DNA of 64,000 bases, from positions 159,898,001 to 159,962,000 of the forward strand of contig OZ024741.1 in the NCBI GenBank assembly GCA_964016885.1. Reading direction: 5' to 3'. Shown here one piece after another: positions 15,171 to 27,453 of this stretch (position 1 is its first letter; the number at the start of each line of letters is the position of its first letter). The notes under the pieces were generated by a model. It had not been told where the DNA came from and searched no databases. It saw only the letters and a list, made by a program, of their open reading frames with translations. This stretch comes from Eledone cirrhosa (taxonomy: Eukaryota). The translations under genes were made by a program, and so were the position numbers.

Positions 15171-15266
15171 ACCCCTTGATAAATTCAGCTAGATTCCTGC
15201 CGTTCGAATACCGGCGCTTTAGTTCGGATCTAGCTGTCGAAACGGCCGGAGCTCAGCCGTCGGGGT
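15171..15266 (+). ncRNA. Type I hammerhead ribozyme motif with U3-A8 core and a stable helix III
   Basis: acccc-TTGATAA-(cagctagat...atctagctg)-GAAAC-ggc-cggagctca-gcc-GTC-ggggt. Confidence 0.8.
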
Positions 15267-15275
15267 CCTGAATAT

Positions 15276-15354
<79 letters not shown>

Positions 15355-15385
15355 AAGAATCAAAGAACTGTTCAAAACATTTTTG

Positions 15386-15432
15386 TGCTTACAACTGTTT
15401 CCTCCAAACCGAGGTTTGGATTCTTCGGAGCA
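15386..15432 (-). ncRNA. Hammerhead-like motif (CCGAAGA core), inverted copy
   Basis: Reverse complement of 19873-19919. Confidence 0.65.
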
Positions 15433-16895
15433 ATTTATTAATGAATGGACAGTTATATGACCTCCTTTTCACCCAAGAGACATACAGATACATATGCAAA
15501 TATTGTGGGTCAACATTCATTACAGCATTTAGAGTGGCAGTACACACTTAGAGATTACATTCATATTAAAAGGTACAATAAAAAATAAAAAATACAGGTT
15601 AAAATACAACATGAAAATAAGCGGTTATATAGTGCAAATGTTATATGTGTGGCAAGCACGTGCGTCTTGTTTATATAGTGTGGCAGAGAGTTACGTGTAG
15701 TAGAAGCACTTAGGTAGGTAAACAAGAGTGTTAGGTTGGTTGATCTGGTGGCAAATTCTTTATATGATTGTTATAGTCTGTGTGTGGAGAAATGATATAA
15801 GCATTAAAAATAGTGCAAGCATTAAAGATATTAAAAGTATTGGAAATGCACAGCGAAGGGATGATATGGACTTCATGTACTTCGACATTTTCATAGTCAG
15901 GGGAGTGTATTTTTCACATTATATGCCCATCACATAATCCACGACAATTCGATATTGAGCGTTTGACAATCCAGTTAGAGAATCGTAGTCTGATGTTCTT
16001 TAGTTCAATACAGGAGGCTGTTACGTTTCGAGAATCGACATTGAATACTACCCGGAAGTGTGTGTGTGGCTAAGGGGAGTTAATGTATGAGGGGAGGTAA
16101 CTCCGAGGTTTCTATTACTAGCTATTGAAATGTGTCTCAAAATAGACCCTAATTTCTATGGTTATGCGCAACTTCCAAAAAATTTCTAAAGCATAAAGTG
16201 TTTTAACTATAGAGTAGTCTATTAAGTTGTGCTGAAGGTGTTCGTATTATTATGGTGAATTAACCCCCATCGTAGGGTGCCACAAATAAATATTATAGAT
16301 GACGAGCGAGGATTCTAAATTAATAATCTCTGTGGTTGTAGTCTACTCATAGGACCAGGCGCGGTGATTGCAGAATCACTTCAACACACAATGATCTCTG
16401 GTAAGTTCTGGGTCATCGCTTGCTACATTGGATGTCGAAAGATAATCATCACCAGGGCCGACCAGAGGTCAATCCGCAGTCCTCATGACCCCACTCTGAC
16501 CATCAAATCATCCATATATGTACAACCCGCACGTCAGTTGCAATACATTCATTCTCTGCACTCAGCGTCCTGGTCCTACTGCTCAACAGCGTTACTAGAT
16601 TAAATCGTTTTTCATCTCTCCAAGGAAGGCACTTCCTCCGCACAACACTAACAAGCCAATCAATTCATGCTTAAATTACCTATAGAGCGGTGTAGTGCAG
16701 TTCAAGTGGGTGGATGTTGTCACACCTAACGTAGAGGTATAAATGAGTATTCTCCCTGCGAAGGGTTCCAGAGGGATGTCGTTGTTTGTGTTATATTAGA
16801 TCAGTTAGTGTTGGGTATGTGGTATAAGGTGTGCCCCTGGTGTTTGATGCTAGATGTGGTGTTTGGTTCAAGTCCGACATTGCTATATATTGGGC

Positions 16896-18423
16896 AAGGA
16901 TACGCACAACAACTTCGACATAACCATGGGATCTAGTGACTCGGCGCAGGTCACTGATTTGGTCGGCCTATACCTTCTTAATGAAATCCATAAGGACCTC
17001 CCTTACCTCAACGGTGGTTTGTACCGCGATGATGCACTTCTACTTATAGAATATAAAAAAATTAATATAGAAAGAACTAGAAAACAATTGCACAAGACAT
17101 TCAAAAACTTTAACCTTAGTATCACCATGGACAAAAACACTAAAAATGTTAACTTCCTAGACGCCACACTATACCTAGACTCAAAATTATATACACCTTT
17201 CCATAAACCTAACGAAAATCTCATTTACGTAGATACCAAGTCTAATCACCCTAGATCAATATTAAACTCTATCTCTAAGCGGGTATCCAGTAGAATCTCT
17301 AGTCTATCCTATGACGCAAACATATTTAGCAAAAACTCACAATATTACAATCAAGCATTAGCTAGATCCGGCCATAATATAGAAATTGAGCTCCCATCTA
17401 AGAAAACACATAGCTACAACATCATCTCGCACAACATGTCCATGAGGAAACCTAATAATAGGAATAGCAACCACAAGTACACCGAAGCGGAGGGTGCCAC
17501 CGAAAGTAACCATTACCACGGAAACTACCGTAGTGCCTTAGGAAGAAACAACACACCAAACACTAAAAACAAAAATAGAAGAAGAAATAATACATTTTTC
17601 AACCCTCCTTTCAACCTAAATGTCTCCACCAACATACCTACGGTTTTCTTCTCACTACTAGATAAAAACTTCCCACTAGGACACAAGTACCACAACCTTT
17701 TAAACAAAAAACACTATTAAAATCTCATACTCTACGACGCCTAACTTAGCATACCACATAGCTAGCAGCAATAAAAGTAAAATTAATTCTTACTTCCAAC
17801 AAATGAAATCACAACAGGATGCAAACCTTCTAAATACCTCTGTAGCAAACAACCATAGTAACGGCAGTAACAATAGAAATAACACTAGTATAAGAAATAA
17901 CACCGGGGTTGACAACCCGAATGTCCAAAATCCTATAGCTACCACCCAGACTTCTGCACTGCATTATAACCAGCAGACTAACACACAGGATAATTGTAAC
18001 TGTAGAGCTAATAGAACCTGCCCTTTAGATAAAAAATGCCTAACCAAGGATATCATATACTCATGCACCGTCACAACTAGCAACTCTTCAGAAACCTATG
18101 TAGGCTCCACTTCTAACTGCTTCAAAATCAGATATAATTCGCACATCCACTCGTTCAAAAAGCATAGCCTAGCCAACTCCACCTCACTATCTAGCTACAT
18201 ACACTATCTAAAAACTAAAAATAAACCATACACACTCAAATGGGAAATGATAGGCAGCGCGACTTCGTACAAACCACCTAATAAATTTTGTAACCTCTGT
18301 ATACTAAAGACCCACAATATTATCTTCTCTAACCGTAACCTACTTAACAAAAAATCTGAAGTGTTTGCAACGTGCCAGCACCGCTTCAGACATTCCTTCC
18401 AAAACTTTAAGCCCAATGTATAG
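16896..18423 (+). pseudogene. PLE reverse transcriptase (C-terminal half) + GIY-YIG endonuclease, disrupted near 17700-17750
   Basis: FDITMGSSDSAQVTDLVGLYLL, GGLYRDD, NFLD, SNHP, FNPPF; CNCR...CPL..KCL, IIY...TYVGST..FKIRYNSH, CNLC. Confidence 0.93.
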
Positions 18424-19872
18424 CAATGTCGGACTTGAACCAAACACCACCTCTAGCATCAAACACCAGGGGCACACCTTATACCACATATACAACACTA
18501 ACTCATCTAATATGACACAAACAACGACATTCCTCTGGAACCCTTCGCAGGGAGAATACCCATTTATACCTCTACGTTAGGTGTGACAACATCTACCGAC
18601 TTGAACTGCACTACACCGCTCTATAGGTAATTTAAGCATGAATTGATTGGCTTGGTAGTATTGTGCGGAGGAAGTGCCTTCCTTGGACAGATGAAAAACG
18701 ATTTAATCTAGTAACGCTGTTGAACAGTCGGACCAGGACGCTGAGTGCAGAGAATGAATGTATTGCAACTGACGTACGGGTTGTACATATATGGATGATT
18801 TGATGGTCAGAGTGGGGTCATGAGGACTGCGGATTGACCTCTGGTCGGCCCTGGTGATGATTATCTTTCGACATCCAATGTAGCAAGCGATGACCCAGAA
18901 CTTACCAGAGATCATTGTGTGTTGAAGTGATTCTGCAATCACCGCGCCTGGTCCTATGAGTAGACTACAACCCAGAGATTATTAATTTAGAATCCTCGCT
19001 CGTCATCTATAATATTCATTTGGGGCACCCTACGATGGGGTTTAATTCAGCATAATAATACGAACACATTCAGCACAACTTAATAGACTACTCTATAGTT
19101 AAAACACTTTATGCTTTAGAAATTTTTTGGAAGTTGCGCATAACCATAGAAATTAGGGTCTATTTTGAGACACATTTCAATAGCTAGTAATAGAAACCTC
19201 GGAGTTACCTCCCCTCATGCATTAACTCCCCTTAGCCACACACACACTTCCGGGTAGTATTCAATGTCGATTCTCGAAACGTAACAGCCTCCTGTATTGA
19301 ACAAAAGAACATCAGACTACGATTCTCTAACTGGATTGTCAAACGCTCAATATCGAATTGTCGTGGATTATGTGATGGGCATATAATGTGAAAAATACAC
19401 TCCCCTGACTATGAAAATGTCGAAGTACATGAAGTCCATATCATCCCTTCGCTGTGCATTTCCAATACTTTTAATATCTTTAATGCTTGCACTATTTTTA
19501 ATGCTTATATCATTTCTCCACACACAGACTATAACAATCATATAAAGAATTTGCCACCAGATCAACCAACCTAACACTCTTGTTTACCTACCTAAGTGCT
19601 TCTACTACACGTAACTCTCTGCCACACTATATAAACAAGACGCACGTGCTTGCCACACATATAACATTTGCACTATATAACCGCTTATTTTCATGTTGTA
19701 TTTTAACCTGTATTTTTTATTTTTTATTGTACCTTTTAATATGAATGTAATCTCTAAGTGTGTACTGCCACTCTAAATGCTGTAATGAATGTTGACCCAC
19801 AATATTTGCATATGTATCTGTATGTCTCTTGGGTGAAAAGGAGGTCATATAACTGTCCATTCATTAATAAAT

Positions 19873-19919
19873 TGCTCCGAAGAATCCAAACCTCGGTTTG
19901 GAGGAAACAGTTGTAAGCA
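19873..19919 (+). ncRNA. Hammerhead-like motif with U4C core (CCGAAGA)
   Basis: tgct-CCGAAGA-a-tccaaacc/ggtttgga-g-GAAAC-agtt-GTA-agca, near the 3' end of the terminal repeat. Confidence 0.7.
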
Positions 19920-20120
19920 CAAAAATGTTTTGAACAGTTCTTTGATTCTTATATTTCATATAACTGCTCTGTAAATCATCTGATGTTTTTACATTGAGCT
20001 ACTTAACTTACTGGTAATAAGGTAGTAATATATTACTGCCTACCACTATTTAGGGTTTGTATAAAAAAATATAACTGCAAAAGGTTTTTGTATTTACATA
20101 ACCATAAATAGTATAATTAA

Positions 20121-20198
<78 letters not shown>

Positions 20199-20224
20199 AT
20201 GTAATAAACAGCATAAGGCAATTA

Positions 20225-20284
20225 TTCCATTTACCAGTGGTTTCTTAAAAGCAAAAGGTTTTGCTTTCAATCCTCAGAATGAAA
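20225..20284 (-). ncRNA. Type I hammerhead ribozyme motif
   Basis: Reverse complement of 23717-23776. Confidence 0.85.
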
Positions 20285-20595
20285 AAATTCCTGGTTTGTT
20301 TATTGAATTTGGATCTTAAAAACAAAAAAAGCGAGCTATATGAAAGTGAGGCTGGAGAAGGAAGAAGGAAAGGAAAAATAAAATAAGACTACACATACAA
20401 CCACACATACACGAAAAAACATAAAAGCACACACACACACACAAACACGCACACACACACACACATACACACACACGCACACACACACACGTTATTCCGG
20501 GTTGAATCGGAGGCAGCCACAGTAAGCAAGGCACTCAGTACACCGCAGAGCATGAAAGTTTTAATACAGATGAGAATCTGTGTATGTATACAAAC

Positions 20596-20626
<31 letters not shown>

Positions 20627-21051
20627 CACGCATGTGCATGCGCGCACGCACGCACGCGTATACAAATATAAATATATTTCCCCCATACACATGTGTGTGC
20701 GTGCATGCGCGCATACGCGCACGCGTACGCGTGCCCATGGGTGCGCGCGAGTGCATGTGGGTATGTTCTGTTGAAAGTGTCTCGTGAATTTATGGCTACA
20801 GTTGTATAGATTATACTTAGAAATTGTCTACAGAATTCCCTAAACCTTCGTCAATTTACTAGAACCTTTAAGAATTTAGCTTTTAAGGAATCTCCCCTTC
20901 CTCCAAACCTATCTACCATGACTGACCCCATACTGATCTTACAGACACCTGTAAGCTAAAGAGAAACCTAATGATGAGGTTTGGCTCCAATCTGAATACA
21001 GAAATCTGTCTGCCTATGTTCCTCTAAGAGCAAACATATACAAACATTCAT

Positions 21052-21106
<55 letters not shown>

Positions 21107-21508
21107 TATCTACACACACACACGCATACATATATATATATATACACACACACATACACACACACACATACACACACACACATGCATATATACACACACA
21201 TACACACAGACACACACATATACACACGCATATATATACATATATATATATATATATGCGCGTGTGTACACGCATACACATACGTACACTTAGCCATACC
21301 CACACCTATATATATATATATATATACATTCTGTACTCTACTGTATATATACGTTCTGTACTCTTGTATACTTACATTTATTATATATTTTTTTCTCCCT
21401 TACCAACCCTTATATTTTACCTTCTCCTATGCGCCCCCCCCCCCCCACATATATTCTTTTTGCCTTGCCCTCCACATACCTATGTGTATGTGTGTGTATA
21501 TTTGTGTG

Positions 21509-21574
<66 letters not shown>

Positions 21575-21703
21575 GATATGTGTGTGTATGTGTATGTATA
21601 TATGTTTATACGTATGTGTGTGTGTGCCTGTGTGTATGTATTTATATATGTATGTAATTGTGTGTGTGTGTATATATGTGTATGTGTGGATAAGCCAGGT
21701 TTC

Positions 21704-21763
21704 TCTCATCCTGAAGATTGTAAGAAAAGTTTTTTGCTTTTAAGAAACCCTTGGTAAATGGAA
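21704..21763 (+). ncRNA. Diverged type I hammerhead motif of the same family
   Basis: CTGAAGA...GAAACccttgGTAaatgg; helices I and II partly mismatched. Confidence 0.6.
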
Positions 21764-21931
21764 TAATTGCCTTATGTTGCTTTAATACTTTACTACTATA
21801 TATACGTATATGTAAGGTCCTTATGATTCATCTAAGATTGAGTTTTACATACACACACGCATATACGTGTGCGTATGCGTATGCATGTGTGTGTGCGTGG
21901 TTGTGTATGTGTGTATATGTGTATATGCATG

Positions 21932-21998
<67 letters not shown>

Positions 21999-22466
21999 AT
22001 ATGTGTGTGTGTACATATGTGCGTGTGTATATATTGATAATTGTATGTATGTGTGTGTGTGTGTGTGCGTGTGTTTGTGTTCTGTTGTGCGTGTTTATGA
22101 TATATACGTATTTGTATGTGTATTATTGTTTAGCTATGTATGTATATGTGTGTGTATGTGTACGTGTGTATATATATGTGTGTGTGTACGTTTGTATTTA
22201 TGTATATATATGTGTGTATATGTATGCATATATGTGTGTGTGTGCATATAGTTGTATACACTTGTGTGTGTGTATAGATGGTACACTTGTGCGTGGTTAT
22301 GCATGTATGCGTATGTATGCGTTTATGTATTTGGATTTGAAATTTGTTTATGTGTGAGAGTGTGTGAATGCGTTGACTATTTCGTGCGTATGTATATGTG
22401 CTTTTGTGTGTGTTTCTTACCACGCTTGTCTGTCCAGTTTGCTGCCTTATGTAACGGTCAATATTT

Positions 22467-22515
<49 letters not shown>

Positions 22516-22611
22516 TTCTTATATTTATTTGCGTGTGTGAATATGTAGAGGAGTGCATTTATGTATGTGTATGCATGTACGTGTGTATATATGTTTGATT
22601 GTGTGAATGTA

Positions 22612-22683
<72 letters not shown>

Positions 22684-22865
22684 TGTGGGTATGGCTATGT
22701 GTACGTATGTGTATGCGTGTACACACGCGCATATATATATATATATATGTATATATATGCGTGTGTATATGTGTGTGTGTGTGTATGTGTGTGTATATAT
22801 GCATGTGTGTGTGTGTATGTGTGTGTGTATATATATATATATGTATGCGTGTGTGTGTGTAGATA

Positions 22866-22909
<44 letters not shown>

Positions 22910-23351
22910 CGTGCGTGTGTGTGTGTGTGTATGTATGAATGTTTGTATATGTTTGCTCTTAGAGGAACATAGGCAGACAGATTTCTGTATTCAGATTGGA
23001 GCCAATCCTTATCATTAGGTTTCTCTTTAGCTTACAGGTGTCTGTAAGATCAGTATGGGGTCAGTCATGGTAGATAGATTTGGAGGAAGGGGAGATTCCT
23101 TAAAAGCTAAATTCTTAAAGGTTCTAGTAAATTGACGAAGGTTTAGGGAATTCTGTAGACAATTTCTAAGTATAATCTATACAACTGTAGCCATAAATTC
23201 ACGAGACACTTTCAACAGAACATACCCACATGCACTCGCGCGCACCCATGGGCACGCGTACGCGTGCGCGTATGCGCGCATGCACGCACACACATGTGTA
23301 TGGGGAAATATATTTATATTTGTATACGCGTGCGTGCGTGCGCGCATGCAC

Positions 23352-23413
<62 letters not shown>

Positions 23414-23716
23414 GTTTGTATACATACACAGATTCTCATCTGTATTAAAACTTTCATGCTCTGCGGTGTACTGAGTGCCTTGCTTACTGTGGCTGCCTCC
23501 GATTCAACCCGGAATAGCGTGTGTGTGTATGCGTGTGTGTGTATGTGTGTGTGTGTGCGTGTGTGTGTGTGTGCTTTTATGTTTTTTCGTGTATGTGTGG
23601 TTGTATGTGTAGTCTTATTTTATTTTTCCTTTCCTTCTTCCTTCTCCAGCCTCACTTTCATATAGCTTGCTTTTTTTTGTTTTTATTATCCAAATTCAAT
23701 AAACAAACCAGGAATT

Positions 23717-23776
23717 TTTCATTCTGAGGATTGAAAGCAAAACCTTTTGCTTTTAAGAAACCACTGGTAAATGGAA
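23717..23776 (+). ncRNA. Type I hammerhead ribozyme motif
   Basis: tttcatt-CTGAGGA-ttgaaagcaaaa/ttttgcttttaa-GAAAC-cactg-GTA-aatggaa. Confidence 0.88.
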
Positions 23777-24237
23777 TAATTGCCTTATGTTGTTTATTAC
23801 ATAATAATAATTAAGCTCTGTTGCTTACATAGAGCACTCTTTTTTCCTGGACTTTTCCGACGGAATTACTTCATTCACACATATATATATATATATATAT
23901 AATATATATTATATATGTATTTATACATATGTATATATATATATAATATACAGAGAGAGAGAGAGAGAATGAGAAAGAGAGAGAAAGCGAGAGAGTGTTC
24001 CAAAAAATGTATTCACATATTTATTATAATGCTGTTGAAGTGTGTATATATATTTTTAACACCCTGTATATAATTATAATTATATATATAAATACGTATA
24101 CATATAATGTGTTGTACATATATTTACCGAGCTCTATGATATCTATCGATTTATCTATGTGACTGTCTATCTGTCCATTTTATCTAACACTCGCCGTATT
24201 CAACCATTTATACATACACACACGCACACACACGCAC

Positions 24238-24279
<42 letters not shown>

Positions 24280-24645
24280 GCGCATGTATATATATATATA
24301 TATATATATATATTCAGGTATATACAAAGGTATAAACAAAGCATTCGTTCTTATAAACTAATCACTTTTTGTTTTCCAAAAGTGTAAAAAAGATTGTTTT
24401 TTTCATCACATTAACCAAGATATGTTTTATATGTGATAAATTGCACTACGCCACTGAAATAAAAGTCATAAAAAAGAGGGAAAAATCAAACAAACAAACT
24501 AACACACAAACAATAACAACAACAAAAATAACAACAATAATAATGATAGTAATGATAATAACAATAAATGAAATATAAAATATAGAAACCTTCACTAAAA
24601 TGTGGTAAAAAAGACGTTGAAAATACTGCTTCCAAACAAAAGAAT

Positions 24646-24684
<39 letters not shown>

Positions 24685-24705
24685 AATATATATATACATA
24701 CATAC

Positions 24706-24768
<63 letters not shown>

Positions 24769-25000
24769 TATACATAAATATATATATATATAGAGAGAGA
24801 GAGGGATATATATATATTATCCCCAATCAAATTTGCACTATACGCTCACAAACACATATATAAACACACGCACGCACACACTATATAATCCTACTAAAAG
24901 ATATTTTCCCTCAATTCTAGGTTTTTCTTTTGAAGTCCACTTAATAGAATATTTATGTTATTTATTTTTATTTTTGTTTAGTTGTATATATACTAATTTC

Positions 25001-25740
25001 ATGTTGCTGTTGTTTTTACTGTTGACATTGCTGTTGTTGTTGTTGATAATGGTGATGCTGATGTTAGTGTTGTTGTTGCTGTTAGTGTTGTTGTTGCTGT
25101 TAGTGTTTTTGTTAGTGTTGTTGTTGTTGTTGTTGTTGTTGCTGCTGTTAGTGTTGTTGCTAGTGTTGTTGTTGTTGTTGTTGTTGTTGTTGGTGCTGCT
25201 GTTAGTGTTGTTGTTAGTGTTGTTGTTGTTGGTGGTGCTGTTGTTGGTGCTGTTACTGTTATTGTTGCTGTTAGTGTTGTTGTTAGTGTTGTTGTTGTTG
25301 CTGTTGTTGGTGCTGTTAGTGTTGTTGTTGTTGCTGTTAGTGTTCTTGTTAGTGTTGTTGTTGTTGCTGTTGGTGCTGCTGTTAGTGTTGTTGTTAGTGT
25401 TGTTGTTGCTGTTGCTGTTGTTTTTAGTGTTGGCATTGCTGTTGTTGACGTTGTTGTTGCTGTCCTTGTTGTTGTTGTTGTTGTTGCTGCTGTTAGTGTT
25501 GTTTTTAGTGTTGTTGCTGTTGTTGTTAGTGTTGTTGTTGTCGTTATTGCTGCTATTAGTGTTGTTGTTGCTGTAGTTTTTAATGTTGGCATTGCTGTTG
25601 TTGGCGTCTTTGTTATTGCTGTTGTCGTTGCTGTTAGTTTTGTTGTTGTTGTTGTTGTTGCTGCTGCTGCTGATGTTGCAAGCGATGATGACGTTACTGC
25701 TGCTGACATTACTGCTGCTGACGTTGCTGCTGCTGTCGTT
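25001..25740. repeat. Degenerate (TTG/CTG/TTA) trinucleotide microsatellite
   Basis: Produces the poly-Leu and poly-Thr ORFs. Confidence 0.92.
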
Positions 25741-25997
25741 TTCGGTTGCCGAGTCTTACCAATATCTGATCAATGCAAGGTGTTGGGGGACGTCAACGTG
25801 CTCCTAGGTATCTTAACAGTGTCCCTCCATGTAGGTATCTTTGAAGTTTATGCTTTGCCTTGCCTACTTAACATCTTTAACTTAACAATAACAAAATAAA
25901 AACAAAACAAAAAACAACACTGTACTGTGGAACATAGACAAATACACACAGATATATGTATGTATAAAAAGAAAAATACTTACGTGGTAAAAGCAAA

Positions 25998-26042
<45 letters not shown>

Positions 26043-26188
26043 AGTATATATTGGTTGTTTACCGACACCTCAGTATGCAGATTGGAGCACTCGACGAAGT
26101 ACGCAGGTTGGTTTGGTTACTCCGGAGTAATGTATAATAAAGTAATTAAATCAAATATTTAAGATTTTGCTTCGTTTATTAAAGATCT

Positions 26189-26243
26189 ACTGCTATATAT
26201 ATTTCGGTGACAGCCATCATTGGCTGTGACCTCTTCAGGCAGT
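26189..26243 (-). ncRNA. Type I hammerhead ribozyme motif
   Basis: Inverted copy of 26386-26440. Confidence 0.87.
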
Positions 26244-26385
26244 TCGAATTAGTGTGGTAGAGACAGGTACATCATTCCAGTTCCTCAGAGAAATAACAAC
26301 CCAACCAGGAGCTGGACATATCGGAGTATTGACGGAGTAAAACACTTTAACAACATGTGTATCTGTCCCAACCACAGCAATTCGA

Positions 26386-26440
26386 ACTGTCTGAAGAGGT
26401 CACAGCCAATGAAGGCTGTCACCGAAATATATATAGCAGT
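26386..26440 (+). ncRNA. Type I hammerhead ribozyme motif
   Basis: actgt-CTGAAGA-ggtcacagcc/ggctgtcacc-GAAA-tatat-ATA-gcagt. Confidence 0.88.
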
Positions 26441-26489
26441 ACATCTTTAATAAACGAAGCCAAATCTTAAATATTTGACTTAATTACTT

Positions 26490-26581
<92 letters not shown>

Positions 26582-26585
<4 letters not shown>

Positions 26586-27247
26586 AATAGAATGAAACGA
26601 AATTTCATTTCTCACTCTTAGTACGGCAGTTACTTAAATGTACTGCGTAATTCGGGCTGTTTGTTTGTTTACAAACAAACAAACTGAGCATTATAATAAA
26701 TGTTCGGTAAACTGATACGTGCATATATATATATGTGTGCATGTATATATATACATACTACTGTACGTCTGTATACATATATGTATGTACGTATACATGC
26801 ATGCATACTTACATTTAAGTAAGTGCCGTACTAAGAGTGAGAAATGAAATTTCGTTTCATTCTATTCCATTTATCGTTTTCGGTGCGCCCGGCCGACTGA
26901 ATTCACTCGATATGCAAATTAGGCTGCTCAGCCGTTAATATACATAAGGAAAGTATATACTTTCAGACGTTCAACCATCTGGCAGGAAGGTATACGACGC
27001 TGACGATAGCTAATAAGCTTGAAACTAGTACATCGTTCCTGTGTCAGTGTTGAATAAAAAGGTGACGTGGTTGCCTAAACACTGTACGGCGTAATTCGGG
27101 CTGTTTGTTTGTTTACAAACAAACAAACCGAGCATTATCATAAATGTTCGGTAAACCGATAAGTGCATATATATATGTATATACATACTACTGTACGTCT
27201 GTATACATATATGTATGTACGTATACATGCATGCATACTTACATTTA
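26582..27247 (+). mobile_element. Partial tandem of a 444-bp non-coding hammerhead repeat (retrozyme-like) with a 60-bp inverted 5' segment
   Basis: 26645-26815 is repeated at 27089-27247. 26582-26642 is the reverse complement of 26810-26870. Confidence 0.8.
26995..27035 (+). ncRNA. Minimal type I hammerhead motif
   Basis: cgacg-CTGACGA-t-agct-aata-agct-t-GAAAC-ta-GTA-catcg. Confidence 0.82.
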
Positions 27248-27408
27248 TATATATATGTATAAGAATTAAAATACTAGAGTGTGTTTGGAGTTAAACACCC
27301 TCTTCGTATTATAGAAATGACAGTAAAGGTATAGCTCAATGTAATTAAACAGAGCCGAAGAATTATGAAAATAAACCAAAGAAGCCTTCAATACATCAAA
27401 AGTCTTTA

Positions 27409-27453
27409 TTAACCAACTATGTTTCGTCCTATTAAGGACTCATCGGGGCAATT
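27409..27453 (-). ncRNA. Hammerhead-like motif with U4C core (CCGATGA)
   Basis: Minus strand reads ttgcc-CCGATGA-gtcct-taat-aggac-GAAAC-ata-GTT-ggtta. Confidence 0.7.

Larger units (their letters stand above)
15345..20122 (+). mobile_element. 5'-truncated PLE flanked by ~1.55-kb inverted terminal repeats (15345-16895 / 18411-19960) plus 3' tail
   Basis: The arms are reverse complements (mirror ORFs 15728+/19368- and 16364+/18703-). RT/GIY-YIG coding lies between them, with (TA)n on both sides. Confidence 0.95.
20192..23880 (+). mobile_element. Non-coding, microsatellite-rich PLE-derived element with ~1.1-kb inverted arms (20192-21308 / 22679-23809) and tail
   Basis: Arms are reverse complements including the unique block 20750-21040 / 22935-23230. 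Hammerheads at both outer ends. No protein motif. Confidence 0.88.
26045..26493 (-). mobile_element. Fold-back mini-element: arms 26136-26250 / 26379-26493, tail on the left
   Basis: 115-bp inverted arms, each with a hammerhead. ACTC...GAGT hairpin at 26089-26128. (TA)n flanks. Confidence 0.88.

Noticed and set aside
20316-24830. Numerous CV/YI/HT-rich ORFs (also 43584-49648)
   Set aside because: Translations of (TG)n, (TA)n and (CA)n microsatellites.
24833-25807. Mucin-like poly-Thr or membrane-like poly-Leu protein
   Set aside because: Trinucleotide microsatellite with no unique domain or supported gene structure.
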